A DNA stretch of 64,000 nt from a virus, in the IMG/VR virus record IMGVR_UViG_3300005805_000044; one strand, given 5' to 3'. Positions 10,359-21,483 of this stretch are shown piece by piece; within the stretch, counting starts at the first letter, position 1, and the number at the start of each line of letters is the position of its first letter. Both the position numbers and the translations under genes were made by a program. The notes under the pieces were generated by a model that ran no database searches, had not been told where the DNA came from, and saw only the letters and a list, made by a program, of their open reading frames with translations.

Positions 10359-13016
10359 TTAAGTATCCCATTTCACAACAATATTGATTGGAATTTGACC
10401 ATTATTTTTTATAGGACTTGCTAATTTGGCTATTGCTACCAAATCAGCACCTGAATATAAACCTACCTCAGTGATGTATGGAGCCAAGTAAGATCCGGTA
10501 GGATCCACAGACGCACTAAAATTGTAATTGAAAAACTCAGACTTAATTCTATTGAATCCACCCTTTAAAGTTTTTTCATCCAAAAATTGAATAATACTAT
10601 CGTAATTTTTTCGTTTTGAATTGGTAGTAATATATTGTTTATAATTTTCTATTGTTAAATTAGCTATAAAATAGTTCCATATCATGTAGGCATCTGCGTA
10701 ATTAACAACGCCGTCTTTGTTTACATCAAAGTCTTTGGATCCAAGTATACATTTTAGTTCTGGAGTCAATCTATTATCAGTAAAGTTTGTGACCGACGAT
10801 GTATAAAAATTAAACATACTCTCTTGAACATCGCCAGTAACCAATACATCCCACCAAGATTCAACGTGCGTAGATGTCAATTTATAGTTAATATATCGTA
10901 AAACAATATCCAAATTACTAAAATCAAATACTTCTTTATTTACTACACAATATGAATTGACAATAGATGATCCGGTAAATGATGATGTTATTGCCGTAGG
11001 ATTGGTTGAAATATTAAACTCGTCAGGTTCAACAGTGCAAATAAATTGTTTTTCATTCAACGTAATTTGACTTTGATAATCACCATATACATAATCATCC
11101 AATGGATTCAATGGGTTTTTCAAAAGATCCGACAATATACTACCTGTATTATTTATTACAATTTTGTTATAGTTGTAAAATACATTTCCCACAGTATAAT
11201 TCTTTTGTAGATCAGCAAAATCATATATAAATGATTTTCCATGAAGATAATCAATTGCGGGATTGTCATCATCCATTATATAAATTATAGATGAATTTGA
11301 CGAAGTGACGGGGCCTACTGAAGCACTAATACTAGATGGTGATCCACTATTTAAATTATTTCCGTTACAATCACAAATGTCATCTTCCATCATGAAGAAA
11401 ATACTGCTCGTCAAACTCGAAAATGAACATGAAAACAACCCACTACCAGATGATTGTTCTAAGGCAAATGGAACTTTAAGATAAAAATCATCCATCAATG
11501 GTGTAGGAGATCCAACTGCCATATTGATATCGGATAAAGCCACTGATGATCCAAATGCACTAAAAGGTTCTCCAATCTTTTTTCTATAACCGATAGGTGT
11601 TGTAGTTGCAAGTCTTAATTCATCAGCATCACCACATAAATTTCTAACAATGTTATACAAAAGAACTTGACCGTTAAATGTGCTAGATCCAAAATCATTT
11701 GGTTCAAGGTTAGTATTGTATCTATCAATTGAAGCTGACAGATATAAACTTGAAAATGGAAAATATGGTTTTGGCGAACCAACCACTGCATATTTGTCGG
11801 TAATATCTACACTATATCCCAACATATTATCTTTAAAAACATTTACATCACCATACGATTTGTTGACCAATATAAATTCATTTGATGTCGATCCAGACAA
11901 TATACTATAGTGATAAAAAGCTCCACGATATCTGATAGGTTGTGAATTTAATAACTGAAGCGAGCTACTGTATTCGTAGTATATTAAATCATTTGGTGCG
12001 CCAACAATCAGATTGTCTTTTGCTATTGCCAACGAATAACCATAACGAGTATTGTATGGCGAAGATCTGGTTGGATCTGCATACCAATCCAAATCACGAT
12101 TACCTTGAACTTTATACCATTTATCTGATAAATCTTGTATTAGAGTTTGATTCAATTTCCAAGATTCACCATCAGATCCAGATTGATAGAAATAGATAAA
12201 AACTTTACTATTTGCAGTTGGAGCACTTGAAATTGCTATTTTATTTTGATCATACTTATCAATATAAACGGCTGACCCAAAATATAAATCACTACTGTTT
12301 GATGATGTTAATTCTTGCATGAAAAAATACTCATCACAAGAACCAGAAATTTTATAAATGTAAACTGACCCACTTCCATCATTAGTATATGGTGCCCCAA
12401 TTGCCAAATATTTATCAGATACTGCTATCGCGTTTCCAAATCCATTGGTTTGAGAACCAGTGAATATACAAACTGGTGCGTCAGGCAAAGTAAAAGTGGT
12501 TAATTCTTCACTTTTACATTCATCAACAGAAGTTTCATAAAGTTTATAAACATGAACGGCGGCATTATTAATATCAATAGATGCTACACTTTGACTGGAT
12601 GCTATATCTGATATCACCAAATATTTGTCACATATTGCCAACGCAGAGCCAAAAAAACTTTGTTTAACCGTTACAGTATCATCCTCCAATACAATAAAAT
12701 CACATGATGTAGATGTATCGATGTTAGACCCACTATCTTGTGACAAAGAAGCAGTATATAAATTACTAGCACTTTGTTCAGTGTAATATGATAAAACTTC
12801 TTTACCCGCAGCTCCCGTTGGATCTCTATAAACTTTAGCAAAAGAATAATTTGAAGTAAATTGATTTTTTTGATAAATTAAAACTTCACTTATTCTTGAA
12901 AAACCCTCTGCGCAAGTGTATGGTTTCGAATTAATATTAGAAACTGCGATAAAATTACCATTTGTAACTACCGTTTTACCATAGTTCTCATTATGTATGT
13001 TTATAAAATTCGACAT
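10359..13016 (-). CDS. Baseplate/tail-associated protein with FG-GAP beta-propeller repeats and EF-hand/dockerin-like loop
   Basis: Repeated FGxAxA..IGAP motifs; DFDVNKDGVVNYAD; C-terminal YITEVGLY..LVAIAKL shared with 21484..22593. Confidence 0.75.
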   Translation of the reverse strand: MSNFINIHNENYGKTVVTNGNFIAVSNINSKPYTCAEGFSRISEVLIYQKNQFTSNYSFAKVYRDPTGAAGKEVLSYYTEQSASNLYTASLSQDSGSNIDTSTSCDFIVLEDDTVTVKQSFFGSALAICDKYLVISDIASSQSVASIDINNAAVHVYKLYETSVDECKSEELTTFTLPDAPVCIFTGSQTNGFGNAIAVSDKYLAIGAPYTNDGSGSVYIYKISGSCDEYFFMQELTSSNSSDLYFGSAVYIDKYDQNKIAISSAPTANSKVFIYFYQSGSDGESWKLNQTLIQDLSDKWYKVQGNRDLDWYADPTRSSPYNTRYGYSLAIAKDNLIVGAPNDLIYYEYSSSLQLLNSQPIRYRGAFYHYSILSGSTSNEFILVNKSYGDVNVFKDNMLGYSVDITDKYAVVGSPKPYFPFSSLYLSASIDRYNTNLEPNDFGSSTFNGQVLLYNIVRNLCGDADELRLATTTPIGYRKKIGEPFSAFGSSVALSDINMAVGSPTPLMDDFYLKVPFALEQSSGSGLFSCSFSSLTSSIFFMMEDDICDCNGNNLNSGSPSSISASVGPVTSSNSSIIYIMDDDNPAIDYLHGKSFIYDFADLQKNYTVGNVFYNYNKIVINNTGSILSDLLKNPLNPLDDYVYGDYQSQITLNEKQFICTVEPDEFNISTNPTAITSSFTGSSIVNSYCVVNKEVFDFSNLDIVLRYINYKLTSTHVESWWDVLVTGDVQESMFNFYTSSVTNFTDNRLTPELKCILGSKDFDVNKDGVVNYADAYMIWNYFIANLTIENYKQYITTNSKRKNYDSIIQFLDEKTLKGGFNRIKSEFFNYNFSASVDPTGSYLAPYITEVGLYSGADLVAIAKLASPIKNNGQIPINIVVKWDT

Positions 13017-13084
13017 TGCCTATAAATATTGAAATAAACAAAAAATCTATCTTTAGACTCCAAATATTATTATCAATATATATA

Positions 13085-13930
13085 TTATTTCTTAAATTCA
13101 AGAATTCCATCTTTCCAATACGTGGGTATTTTGATCCATCCGTCACAATAAATATCTTTGGTATCTTCTCTCAAATCCGGTCCAAACCAAGTATCTGGAG
13201 CTATAACCACTTTATCATCGGTTCTTGATAACCAAGCTCCCCACCAACTAAAAGTGGAGTTAGATATGATAAAATGATCACACAAAGATAATAACCAAAG
13301 GCCCTCATAATCACGATAAACATTGTCTTCAATAAAAACACTATTTGGTAGTTTTATATTTTCTTTACACCATTTTATATCATCACTCATAATAATCAAG
13401 TGATTGTGTTTAGGCAATTGTTTATATGCTTCTTGTATATATTCCAAACTTACAACGGGGTGTCTTGTTGGTTGTGTTAAATAATCACCACGTCTTACAT
13501 TAATAGCAGCTACAATTGAACTTTCTAAAAATGGAAAGTCTTTTTTAGCTTTTTCAACAAATTCCTTGGTGGGTGAAAACAAATCTCTAATTGCTTCAGT
13601 AAATTTGCCAAAATACTTTTCAGACTGAAACCAACCCACATAAACAGTTGGTTTATCATTAGAAGGAGGTAAATTTGAGTAATAAAATGTCCCCCCAATA
13701 AACTGTGCATCATTTATACCCTCGGACTTTTTAATATCAAAGTCTAACTTTCTAAATAAATTTTTTTCAAATATGTTAGACGAACTATCTTGAGATGGTG
13801 CAACAAATTGTCTATTATATTCCAACGCTTTAGCATATCCATGTGCTAGTTGAAACATCATGTTGCCTGTTCTTCCTTGCAATCTACTACAAATGAAATT
13901 TTTAGAAAACGTGGTTGATTTTTTTCTCAT
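13085..13930 (-). CDS. Alpha-1,2-fucosyltransferase-like glycosyltransferase (GT11)
   Basis: GRTGNMMFQ, GWFQSEKYF, NVRRGDY, CDHFIISNSTFSWWGAWL motifs. Confidence 0.92.
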   Translation of the reverse strand: MRKKSTTFSKNFICSRLQGRTGNMMFQLAHGYAKALEYNRQFVAPSQDSSSNIFEKNLFRKLDFDIKKSEGINDAQFIGGTFYYSNLPPSNDKPTVYVGWFQSEKYFGKFTEAIRDLFSPTKEFVEKAKKDFPFLESSIVAAINVRRGDYLTQPTRHPVVSLEYIQEAYKQLPKHNHLIIMSDDIKWCKENIKLPNSVFIEDNVYRDYEGLWLLSLCDHFIISNSTFSWWGAWLSRTDDKVVIAPDTWFGPDLREDTKDIYCDGWIKIPTYWKDGILEFKK

Positions 13931-14601
13931 TGGTCATCCTTTTCATTCAACTTAATTAAATTTCCTTGTATATAATTTTTTTTAAAATGTGACAATGCTG
14001 GTGTATTGCCCCACGCGTCTAAATCACTAGAAATTTCTCTTTGATAACAACTTAAAGGATATATGATATATTTATTAATTTCATAACGTTGTCCCATCCA
14101 ACCATCAATTGCGGAATCTATAAATGGTCTAAAATTCAATAATTGTTTTATTGCACTTCTTGTAAATCCAATTCCGTGTGTAGTTAGAACTGTGTTAGCT
14201 TTTAACAAATTAGGTGACACTTGATGAATTTCTTTATCAAACACATATCCACCAAAATAGATAATATCCCAATCTGGAAAGTTAGCCAACTGATCCAAAC
14301 CTTTTTCAATATTATCAATTCCCTGTGATTCTTCATTTAAAAATACAAAGTCGTCTTCGAATATAACAATTTTTTCATATCCTTTTTCATAAGCATCTTG
14401 AAATATTTTATAAAATGAATAACTACAAAAAAAATGTTTATAGGTTATGTCAGGTCGTAATAGACAATCTTCAGCTGATCTACGTTCTAAAAAATTAAGC
14501 AAACCATATGGCCTAACTTCATCCTCAAACAAAGTTCGTCTGTCAGTTCGTCTGTCTAAATTTAAGTAATACCCTTTGTCAAAAAAATCTTGTATTTTCA
14601 T
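13927..14601 (-). CDS. GT25-family glycosyltransferase
   Basis: YLNLDRRTDRR, IFEDD, WDIIYFG, ID.W motifs; ATGA overlap with neighbours. Confidence 0.85.
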   Translation of the reverse strand: MKIQDFFDKGYYLNLDRRTDRRTLFEDEVRPYGLLNFLERRSAEDCLLRPDITYKHFFCSYSFYKIFQDAYEKGYEKIVIFEDDFVFLNEESQGIDNIEKGLDQLANFPDWDIIYFGGYVFDKEIHQVSPNLLKANTVLTTHGIGFTRSAIKQLLNFRPFIDSAIDGWMGQRYEINKYIIYPLSCYQREISSDLDAWGNTPALSHFKKNYIQGNLIKLNEKDDQ

Positions 14602-15311
14602 GTTAAAATATGTTTAAATTCCTCCACATTATATTTTTCGCCCAAAATGTCTTTAGCACGTTTTAAGAAATGTTTTCGTTTATCTGGAATTCGTATTTGA
14701 AAATTATGAAATGTGTCACTATCGTAATCTGTTCCGTTTCCATAAGCAAATGCTGGATATCCAAATCCGCCAGTATACTTCCATGTAAGATCTTCAGCAC
14801 AGTGTATTGGGTAGGACAACACTATTCTTCGTCCTTGTTTTTCTAATTCTCTAGTTAATGCTTCATAACCATCCGCTTCAGCCAAATTACCATCTGGATT
14901 TGGATACATTTGAGCATTAATTGATTGAAATGGAGAGTTAGACCAAACTGTATATGACATGTTAAATACGCCGCCATTTACAAATGGTGGTGTTCTATAT
15001 GGATTAATACCTGGAAAAACATTTGACGCTTGAGCATTTCCATACACTGTGTTTTGATCAGATATAAAACCCAATGTCTTTTTTACCCAATCTTTACTAG
15101 TCGGAAAACAATCTACATCAAATAATGATATAAAATCATAATCGGAATGTGTATCTAAATAATCTTGAATTGCGCCGGTGTGTGTATTTGTTTCAACGTC
15201 CCAACTAATTTGTTCAACATTCAAATCCAAATGATTGAATACTCGTTTTTGAAGAACAATAATTTCTTTGGGCAAATCTGTTTGATAAAATGAAAGTATT
15301 CTGTGTATCAT
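14598..15311 (-). CDS. GT-A fold glycosyltransferase-like protein
   Basis: FDVDCFP DxD motif; position within the coupled GT operon. Confidence 0.65.
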   Translation of the reverse strand: MIHRILSFYQTDLPKEIIVLQKRVFNHLDLNVEQISWDVETNTHTGAIQDYLDTHSDYDFISLFDVDCFPTSKDWVKKTLGFISDQNTVYGNAQASNVFPGINPYRTPPFVNGGVFNMSYTVWSNSPFQSINAQMYPNPDGNLAEADGYEALTRELEKQGRRIVLSYPIHCAEDLTWKYTGGFGYPAFAYGNGTDYDSDTFHNFQIRIPDKRKHFLKRAKDILGEKYNVEEFKHILT

Positions 15312-16486
15312 AACAACGTATTGATAAAATCAACCCACATAGCACCAACCTTAGCAGAATTAAAATTGTCAAGAATATATTGTTTTCCTTTTGCTCTTAA
15401 TTCTTCTTTTACTTGAGGATTGTTTTCTAGATATTTTATTTTCTCTACAATCTTGGGAATATTATATTTAAAAATTCCATCTTCGTCTTTAGATAAAGCT
15501 TCTGATTGCATTTTAACTGGATCGACATTTTCTGGAAAATCAATCCAAACACAATGACCATCAAAAATTTCAGGTAATGCTCCTAATGGATAAGTTATTG
15601 GTATAACACCAAGTGCTATTGCTTCAGCAACAACACATGAGAAAGTGTCCTTATGAACATCTTTGTAAGGAGTATACAATGGATACACAAAATATTCACT
15701 TTCTGCTAGATGAGTAAATAATGTCTTTTTATCTACACCATTGTGTCTAGTAAAAAATGGATCTTTATGATCGTGTGTTGCTAACAAATAATCAAAAGCA
15801 TGAAATTCAACATCTGGAAAATTTAAATGTCTAACTGCTTCTATAGCCACATTTCCACCTCTTGCCCAAGCTGCATGAAATATAAATTTGTGATTCTTTC
15901 GAGTCAAATTCATTTCACACACTTCATTGACAATATCATCCATTATAGGATTTGGTATCAATGCTTGTTTAAGATCTGGTATTTGAGACTTAATATTATC
16001 AACTGTAGATTGATTCATTCCCTTTTCCCAGTTAGATATATTAACTATTCCCAGTTGTAAATTATTCTCTTTGGTATAATTAATAATTTCACTGAGACCA
16101 TACAACCACTGCATATGGTTCCAATAAATCAATGCTTTGGTAACCTTGATAGGTAACTCTTTATATTTGGCAAACCATAAACTATTAATCAAGATATCAA
16201 ATTCTTTATTATCAATACCATCAAAATTCAAGTTGGTATAAATAACACCTCTAACTTTCATGCCTGGAACATAAACTCGCCCAGCTTTTTTATATGCCTG
16301 TTCCAACTGTGGTTCCAAAGCCTCTGTCACAAATACAACTTCGTGTCCTTGCGAAGCCAAATATTCAGCCACAACTATAGAACTACTATCTGTTCCACTA
16401 CCTCCACCGCCACCATAACGAAGTGTGTCACCATTTAGATAGTTACTACGTCTGCTATTACCTATTACTGTAAATACAATTCTCAT
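15308..16486 (-). CDS. GT-B fold glycosyltransferase (GT4-like)
   Basis: GGGGSGTD N-terminal loop; DTFSCVVAEAIALGVIPI..GALPE donor-binding motif. Confidence 0.85.
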   Translation of the reverse strand: MRIVFTVIGNSRRSNYLNGDTLRYGGGGGSGTDSSSIVVAEYLASQGHEVVFVTEALEPQLEQAYKKAGRVYVPGMKVRGVIYTNLNFDGIDNKEFDILINSLWFAKYKELPIKVTKALIYWNHMQWLYGLSEIINYTKENNLQLGIVNISNWEKGMNQSTVDNIKSQIPDLKQALIPNPIMDDIVNEVCEMNLTRKNHKFIFHAAWARGGNVAIEAVRHLNFPDVEFHAFDYLLATHDHKDPFFTRHNGVDKKTLFTHLAESEYFVYPLYTPYKDVHKDTFSCVVAEAIALGVIPITYPLGALPEIFDGHCVWIDFPENVDPVKMQSEALSKDEDGIFKYNIPKIVEKIKYLENNPQVKEELRAKGKQYILDNFNSAKVGAMWVDFINTLL

Positions 16487-17733
16487 ATATTCTTTTCATA
16501 TCGTGGTGTCCAACCAGATACCTTGTTATAACCATACATAACTAATTTACTTGGTTTATTATCGCTGCTATATCTACATACATGACTATCGTAAGTATAG
16601 TTAAATACAGATGGGTTGGTTTCTGGTTTAAAATCTACACGATATAAATTGTTTGAGAATTTATCTACTACACCTAATGTGATAAATTCATAACCCTCTT
16701 TGAGATTATCTTTAAAGAACTGAGTATCCCAAGTAACTCTAGTTTCATAGTTCTCGGTTTTAAATTCTTCATCCCATACACCTGGATTTGGTGGTTCATT
16801 TACTTTGAGTGTATAACCTTGTATTCTACATTTTTTAAAATCAAATCCAAAACTGACTTCATAATCATGTAACGTTCGTTCACTACCAAGTCCATAAATA
16901 CCAAATGGAATTTTATGATCTTCTTGACCAAACAACTGTCTTACCAAATTTCTTGATAAAATGTCTCGTTCGCCACTAGTAACTTTGATCTTTTCATTTT
17001 TGTGACCATGATCATCCCAGTGTTTTACACGATAATTTCTGGTGTATTCATGCCACATAACCATTCTATATGGAGAGTAAAAATCATAACCATGTGTATA
17101 TGCTCTTACAGACATAGAAGTCTCTTCTGTATAACCACCAAAATAAACCCGAGGATCATATTGAACTTCTTCACAGAACTTACCTTGTGTAAAAATAAAA
17201 TGTCCAGATAATGTCCTAGCTCTAATCACTTTGGTTCTAGTCTTATAATCTTGTATAAACCATGGCATGCTCATCAACAACTTATCACTTGAAAATTCAT
17301 ATTGACTCATTAAACATGGAATTGGATTCCAAGTAGAAGGATCATCTTGTGGATTAAACGGCGTGCAATATGTTGTAATAATTGGTTTTTTACAAAACTG
17401 CCGGGCCTGATTATAATCTTCAATGCAAATAGCATCCCAATCTTGAACAAATCTATGATGTGAGTCAATTTGTAAAGTATAATCTTCACCTTTCCATAAC
17501 TTTTGAGTCAAATTTCTAGCCCATCCAAGACCTTCGCTTTCGTGATATTTTACGTCAACAACACTGAATCTAGGATCATTAGTATATTCTTCTAATGACT
17601 CAGTATCATCACGCTGCCAACATATACCAAACGTAAGATTTTCTGGATATTTGGCTTTTGCAATTAAATCTCGGATTGTAGGAACCAACTCTGGGTCTCT
17701 ATAACTAGCAATTTGAACGAATATTTTAGACAT
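16483..17733 (-). CDS. Polypeptide N-acetylglucosaminyltransferase-like (GT60, Skp1 GlcNAcT-like)
   Basis: IFVQIASYRDPEL, GLGWAR, YTLQIDSHHRF..WD, SGHFIF, EE..MSVRAYTHGYD motifs. Confidence 0.85.
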   Translation of the reverse strand: MSKIFVQIASYRDPELVPTIRDLIAKAKYPENLTFGICWQRDDTESLEEYTNDPRFSVVDVKYHESEGLGWARNLTQKLWKGEDYTLQIDSHHRFVQDWDAICIEDYNQARQFCKKPIITTYCTPFNPQDDPSTWNPIPCLMSQYEFSSDKLLMSMPWFIQDYKTRTKVIRARTLSGHFIFTQGKFCEEVQYDPRVYFGGYTEETSMSVRAYTHGYDFYSPYRMVMWHEYTRNYRVKHWDDHGHKNEKIKVTSGERDILSRNLVRQLFGQEDHKIPFGIYGLGSERTLHDYEVSFGFDFKKCRIQGYTLKVNEPPNPGVWDEEFKTENYETRVTWDTQFFKDNLKEGYEFITLGVVDKFSNNLYRVDFKPETNPSVFNYTYDSHVCRYSSDNKPSKLVMYGYNKVSGWTPRYEKNI

Positions 17734-17790
17734 AACTATTGTTTATATAGATATCGTAACACTTAAAACTTTTATTATAAATTGATGACA

Positions 17791-19677
17791 TTAAACTACA
17801 GTATCCCACCTTACAGTTCCAGAATATGTTTTCATACCATCACCCCATCCACGGCCGTTGACCTCAGCATTAGTATTTCTGCTAGTAATGTATATGAATA
17901 GTATTTTATATGGGGTAGCAGTTATTATTGAATAGTTGAAGAAATTGACATTACCATTTCCCGTATATGTTACGACTGGAGTAGACCATGTGTTTGGATA
18001 TATATAGGCAATAAATCCGTCTCCACCAAATCCGCTTGTATAAGGGCCGAATCCAGCACCGCCACCATTACCAGCACCCCAGTTTTGACCAGCAGATGTA
18101 GGCATTCCACCGTCTCTTCCTCTTCCATCAGGTCCATAGAAATCAGAGGCACCACGACCTTGGCCGGGTGCTGGTGCGGTGGTTGATCCAACAACACCGG
18201 TCTTTTTTATAGAATTGCCGCCGCCGCTTCCTGCGATAGCATTGGCTATAAGCGTGTCAACATAGATATCAAACCAAGTTGGAATTTCTCCAGCAGTCAT
18301 AACAGCTGTTCCAAGACCGCCCTGTGCTGTTGGACCGGCTAAGAGTTGTCCACTAACGCCACTGGAATTATATCCACCACCAGATCCACCAACTCTATAA
18401 TCAACAGCTTCAACGCCAACACCGCCAGATCCGCCAGATCCATCACCGCTACCTGCTGCTATAAGAGTTCCATCGGGTGCGACACCGCCGCCACCGCCAC
18501 CACCACCATATACACCATCACCAGCAGCAAGAGCTACGCCGTTGATATAACTTGCGCCACCACCGCCACCACCGGCATAATAGGTATCAGCAAACATAGT
18601 GGTTTGACCATTTCTATTGGCCATTACTGAACCAGAAATTGAGTCGCCGCCACTACCAACAACAAAGTTATATGTTACACCAGCAACAGGTATAAAGGTA
18701 TTTGTTAATACATAAGCACCCGATCCACCGCCACCCATTGCTGGTTCACTAGCAACGACGCTGTTTATTTTGTCACCACCCGCACCACCGCCACCTACCA
18801 TAAATAGTTGAATGCCAGGATCAGGTGTAGGTGTTGGAGTTGGGGTCGCAGTAGGAGATGGTGTAGGTGTATTTGTTATTGTTGGGGTAGGAGTAGGTGT
18901 AGCTGTAGGAGCAGGCGTGTTTGTTGGAGTTGGCGTAGGTGTGGGTTCTACTGGAGCTGGCGTTGGAGTTGGAGTTGGAGTATCTGTGGGTGCAGGTGTT
19001 GGTGTAGGTGTAGGTGTGTCTGTTGGAGCTGGAGTGTTTGTAGGTGTAGGTGTTGGAGTAGGTTCTACTGGGCCAGGCGTTGGAGTTGGTGTTGGAGTAT
19101 CTGTTGGACCAGGCGTTGGAGTTGGTGTTGGAGTATCTGTTGGACCAGGCGTTGGAGTTGGCGTAGGAGTATCTGTTGGACCCGGAGTAGGTGTAGGCGT
19201 AGGAGTATCTGTTGGACCAGGTGTTGGGGTTGGCGTTGGAGTATCTGTTGGACCAGGTGTTGGGGTTGGAGTAGGTGTGGAAGTTGATGTAGGTGTTGGT
19301 GTTGGTGTGGAAGTTGATGTAGGTGTTGGTGTTGGTGTAGGAGAAGGTGTAGGAGTTGGCAAATCTTCTGAATTACATGCACAGACGGTTACATTTTTTA
19401 TTACGCCGACAAAAGTAAAACTATTCTTACTAGGATTATACTGATATAATACAAAACTTAAAGTTTGACCATTACCTACACTTTGTAATGACACTTTAAA
19501 TTTATATTTTTTAAACAACAAATCATAAGCAGGCGTGGTCGATAAAATATTATTATTTAAGTCTGATATCAATTTTAGCGCTGTGGTTGAAAGAAACTTG
19601 TCACTCTCAGATATACTATATAGCCAATGTATTAAATTAGATTTGTATAAAATATAAGAATATAAGTCTGTTATCAT
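17791..19677 (-). CDS. Pro/Thr-repeat (mucin-like) protein with glycine-rich C-terminal domain; probable tail-fibre/virion decoration protein
   Basis: ~180-aa PT tract followed by [14 protein letters not shown] glycine-rich domain typical of tail-fibre tips. Confidence 0.75.
   Translation of the reverse strand: MITDLYSYILYKSNLIHWLYSISESDKFLSTTALKLISDLNNNILSTTPAYDLLFKKYKFKVSLQSVGNGQTLSFVLYQYNPSKNSFTFVGVIKNVTVCACNSEDLPTPTPSPTPTPTPTSTSTPTPTPTSTSTPTPTPTPGPTDTPTPTPTPGPTDTPTPTPTPGPTDTPTPTPTPGPTDTPTPTPTPGPTDTPTPTPTPGPVEPTPTPTPTNTPAPTDTPTPTPTPAPTDTPTPTPTPAPVEPTPTPTPTNTPAPTATPTPTPTITNTPTPSPTATPTPTPTPDPGIQLFMVGGGGAGGDKINSVVASEPAMGGGGSGAYVLTNTFIPVAGVTYNFVVGSGGDSISGSVMANRNGQTTMFADTYYAGGGGGGASYINGVALAAGDGVYGGGGGGGGVAPDGTLIAAGSGDGSGGSGGVGVEAVDYRVGGSGGGYNSSGVSGQLLAGPTAQGGLGTAVMTAGEIPTWFDIYVDTLIANAIAGSGGGNSIKKTGVVGSTTAPAPGQGRGASDFYGPDGRGRDGGMPTSAGQNWGAGNGGGAGFGPYTSGFGGDGFIAYIYPNTWSTPVVTYTGNGNVNFFNYSIITATPYKILFIYITSRNTNAEVNGRGWGDGMKTYSGTVRWDTVV
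18820..19360 (-). repeat. Coding tandem repeats, ([12 protein letters not shown])n and (TP)n
   Basis: 36-nt units such as GGAGTATCTGTTGGACCAGGCGTTGGAGTTGGTGTT repeated about 19075-19260; synonymous variation between units. Confidence 0.9.
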
Positions 19678-19698
19678 AATATTTGTTTATTCACTATT

Positions 19699-21462
19699 TT
19701 AACTTAATACTACCAACCATGGATCAGCTTGAGTTCCCGATCCACTTACTACACCAGATACAAATGGACTGACCTCCGCATATCTACTTAACGCGGTAGT
19801 TAAAGATGTATAATCAAATGGTGATGAAAATTGCATTAAATTACCACAACACAAATCTACACCCAGTCTATTATATGTGCCGGTAAATGATATAGCGATA
19901 TCACTACCAGATTCATAGTCTGGGAACGATGATGGAGTTCCACCACCCCAAGATATGGTGCATAAATATTGACGGTTTGTAAAACCTGTAGGACCACCAT
20001 GTGGATCATTCACGGCACATTCAAATGTAGTTCCGAGACCTTCTTCATTAAATGTATTGCCATTTGCATCGGCAGGAATTTCATTAACAACTACATCTGG
20101 GCTTGCGATTCCACTTCCGCCACAGTAATCACAAGTGCCAGCTTCTTGTTGAGCTTGAGTGCAACAGTCTGGACAACTCTCACAACCCGGATCTGTTATT
20201 GGATCACAACAAGGTGGTTCAAACGAACAAGAACTTGGTGGAACAAAGTAAATCTTAGCATAAAATAAATTTTCTGGAGTTGTTGGTGTAGGGGTAATTG
20301 TAGGTGTTGGAGTTGGGGTATCTGTAGCTGTAGGAGTAGGTGTTGGAGTGTCCGTTGGAGTCGGGCTTGGAGTTGGTGTTGGAGTGTCCGTTGGAGTCGG
20401 GCTTGGAGTTGGTGTTGGCGTTGGGGTTGCCGTTGCAGTTGGCGTAGGCGTTGGAGTAGGCTCACCCGGTGCAGTTGTAGGTGTAGGTGTTGGAGTGTCG
20501 GTTGGCGTAGGAGTTGGTGTTACCGTTGGGGTAGGAGTAGGCGTAGGTGTGATTGTAGGAGTAGGAGTTGGGGTTACTGTAGGCGTTGGCGTTGGAGTAG
20601 GCGTTGGACCAATTGGTGTGTTGGTTGGAGTTGGGCTTGGTGTAGGTGTAGGAGTTACCGTAGGAGTAGGCGTCGGTGTTAATGTTGGAGTAGGTGTTGG
20701 AGTTGGAGTAGATGTAGGTGTTGGAGTTGGAGTAGATGTAGGTGTAGGTTCGATATCACAACATTTTCCATCTTCATTAGGATTTATAAAATATGAACCA
20801 AGACCACAAATATCAATTGGAATAGTCAAATCTGTGGTTGAAGCTTCAAAAGAATATTTGTTTATAAAATATGTTCCTGACAATATTAAATTATAATTTC
20901 CATCATCAATTAGATCCGCAACAATGTCTCCACTTTGATTGGTAAACACGACACTATTTGGTCTAATTTGATCACCTGCTTGTGGTATGGTAAAATTTAA
21001 TACAGATATATCATTAGTCAAACTACTGGTCATCATCGATGCATCATAACCATTTATACCAAACATGTTATATGCATTGTTGTAGTTATTATAATACATG
21101 TTTTTAATTGTATTATAAACTTGACGTTGATATGTTCCATCTAGATTTAATGGATTTGTAACTGGATTATAATCACTACTTCCAGAAGGATAAAACACTA
21201 CACTTGATGTAACAAAAACACCAAGTTGAAAATTTATAGGAGAATCAAATTCACTAGTAGAAAGATATCCATCTACAGTTTGAACTGGCAAACAACTACC
21301 TGACAAATTATCACTACATTGGTTAGTTGGAAGTAATAATGGATATTCTTCTTCACCAATATTTGCTATAATCAAATCTGGAAAAATACTATTTGCTACT
21401 TGAGGTTTAGCAATAGTAAATGGAGTTACGATTATATCTTGATTTCTAAAAAATTTAATCAT
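19699..21462 (-). CDS. Virion structural protein with long Pro/Thr tract and Cys-rich C-terminal domain
   Basis: N-terminal domain resembles neighbouring baseplate proteins ([15 protein letters not shown]); ~155-aa PT tract; C-terminal CC/CxxC cluster. Confidence 0.75.
   Translation of the reverse strand: MIKFFRNQDIIVTPFTIAKPQVANSIFPDLIIANIGEEEYPLLLPTNQCSDNLSGSCLPVQTVDGYLSTSEFDSPINFQLGVFVTSSVVFYPSGSSDYNPVTNPLNLDGTYQRQVYNTIKNMYYNNYNNAYNMFGINGYDASMMTSSLTNDISVLNFTIPQAGDQIRPNSVVFTNQSGDIVADLIDDGNYNLILSGTYFINKYSFEASTTDLTIPIDICGLGSYFINPNEDGKCCDIEPTPTSTPTPTPTSTPTPTPTPTLTPTPTPTVTPTPTPSPTPTNTPIGPTPTPTPTPTVTPTPTPTITPTPTPTPTVTPTPTPTDTPTPTPTTAPGEPTPTPTPTATATPTPTPTPSPTPTDTPTPTPSPTPTDTPTPTPTATDTPTPTPTITPTPTTPENLFYAKIYFVPPSSCSFEPPCCDPITDPGCESCPDCCTQAQQEAGTCDYCGGSGIASPDVVVNEIPADANGNTFNEEGLGTTFECAVNDPHGGPTGFTNRQYLCTISWGGGTPSSFPDYESGSDIAISFTGTYNRLGVDLCCGNLMQFSSPFDYTSLTTALSRYAEVSPFVSGVVSGSGTQADPWLVVLS
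20275..20750 (-). repeat. Coding (TP)n low-complexity repeat
   Basis: GGTGTT/GGAGTA-type hexamers; duplicated TGTTGGAGTGTCCGTTGGAGTCGGGCTTGGAGTTGG unit. Confidence 0.9.
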
Positions 21463-21483
21463 CCCTATATAAATAGGATTATT

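Noticed and set aside
19075-19260. 36-nt direct repeats resembling a CRISPR array
   Set aside because: Tandem in-frame coding repeats with no unique spacers, and no cas genes in the window
18808-20896. Plus-strand (GV)n and Arg/Trp/Cys-rich ORFs (also 58441-58938, 33159-33971)
   Set aside because: Antisense shadows of the PT-repeat and glycine-zipper coding regions; no independent start signals
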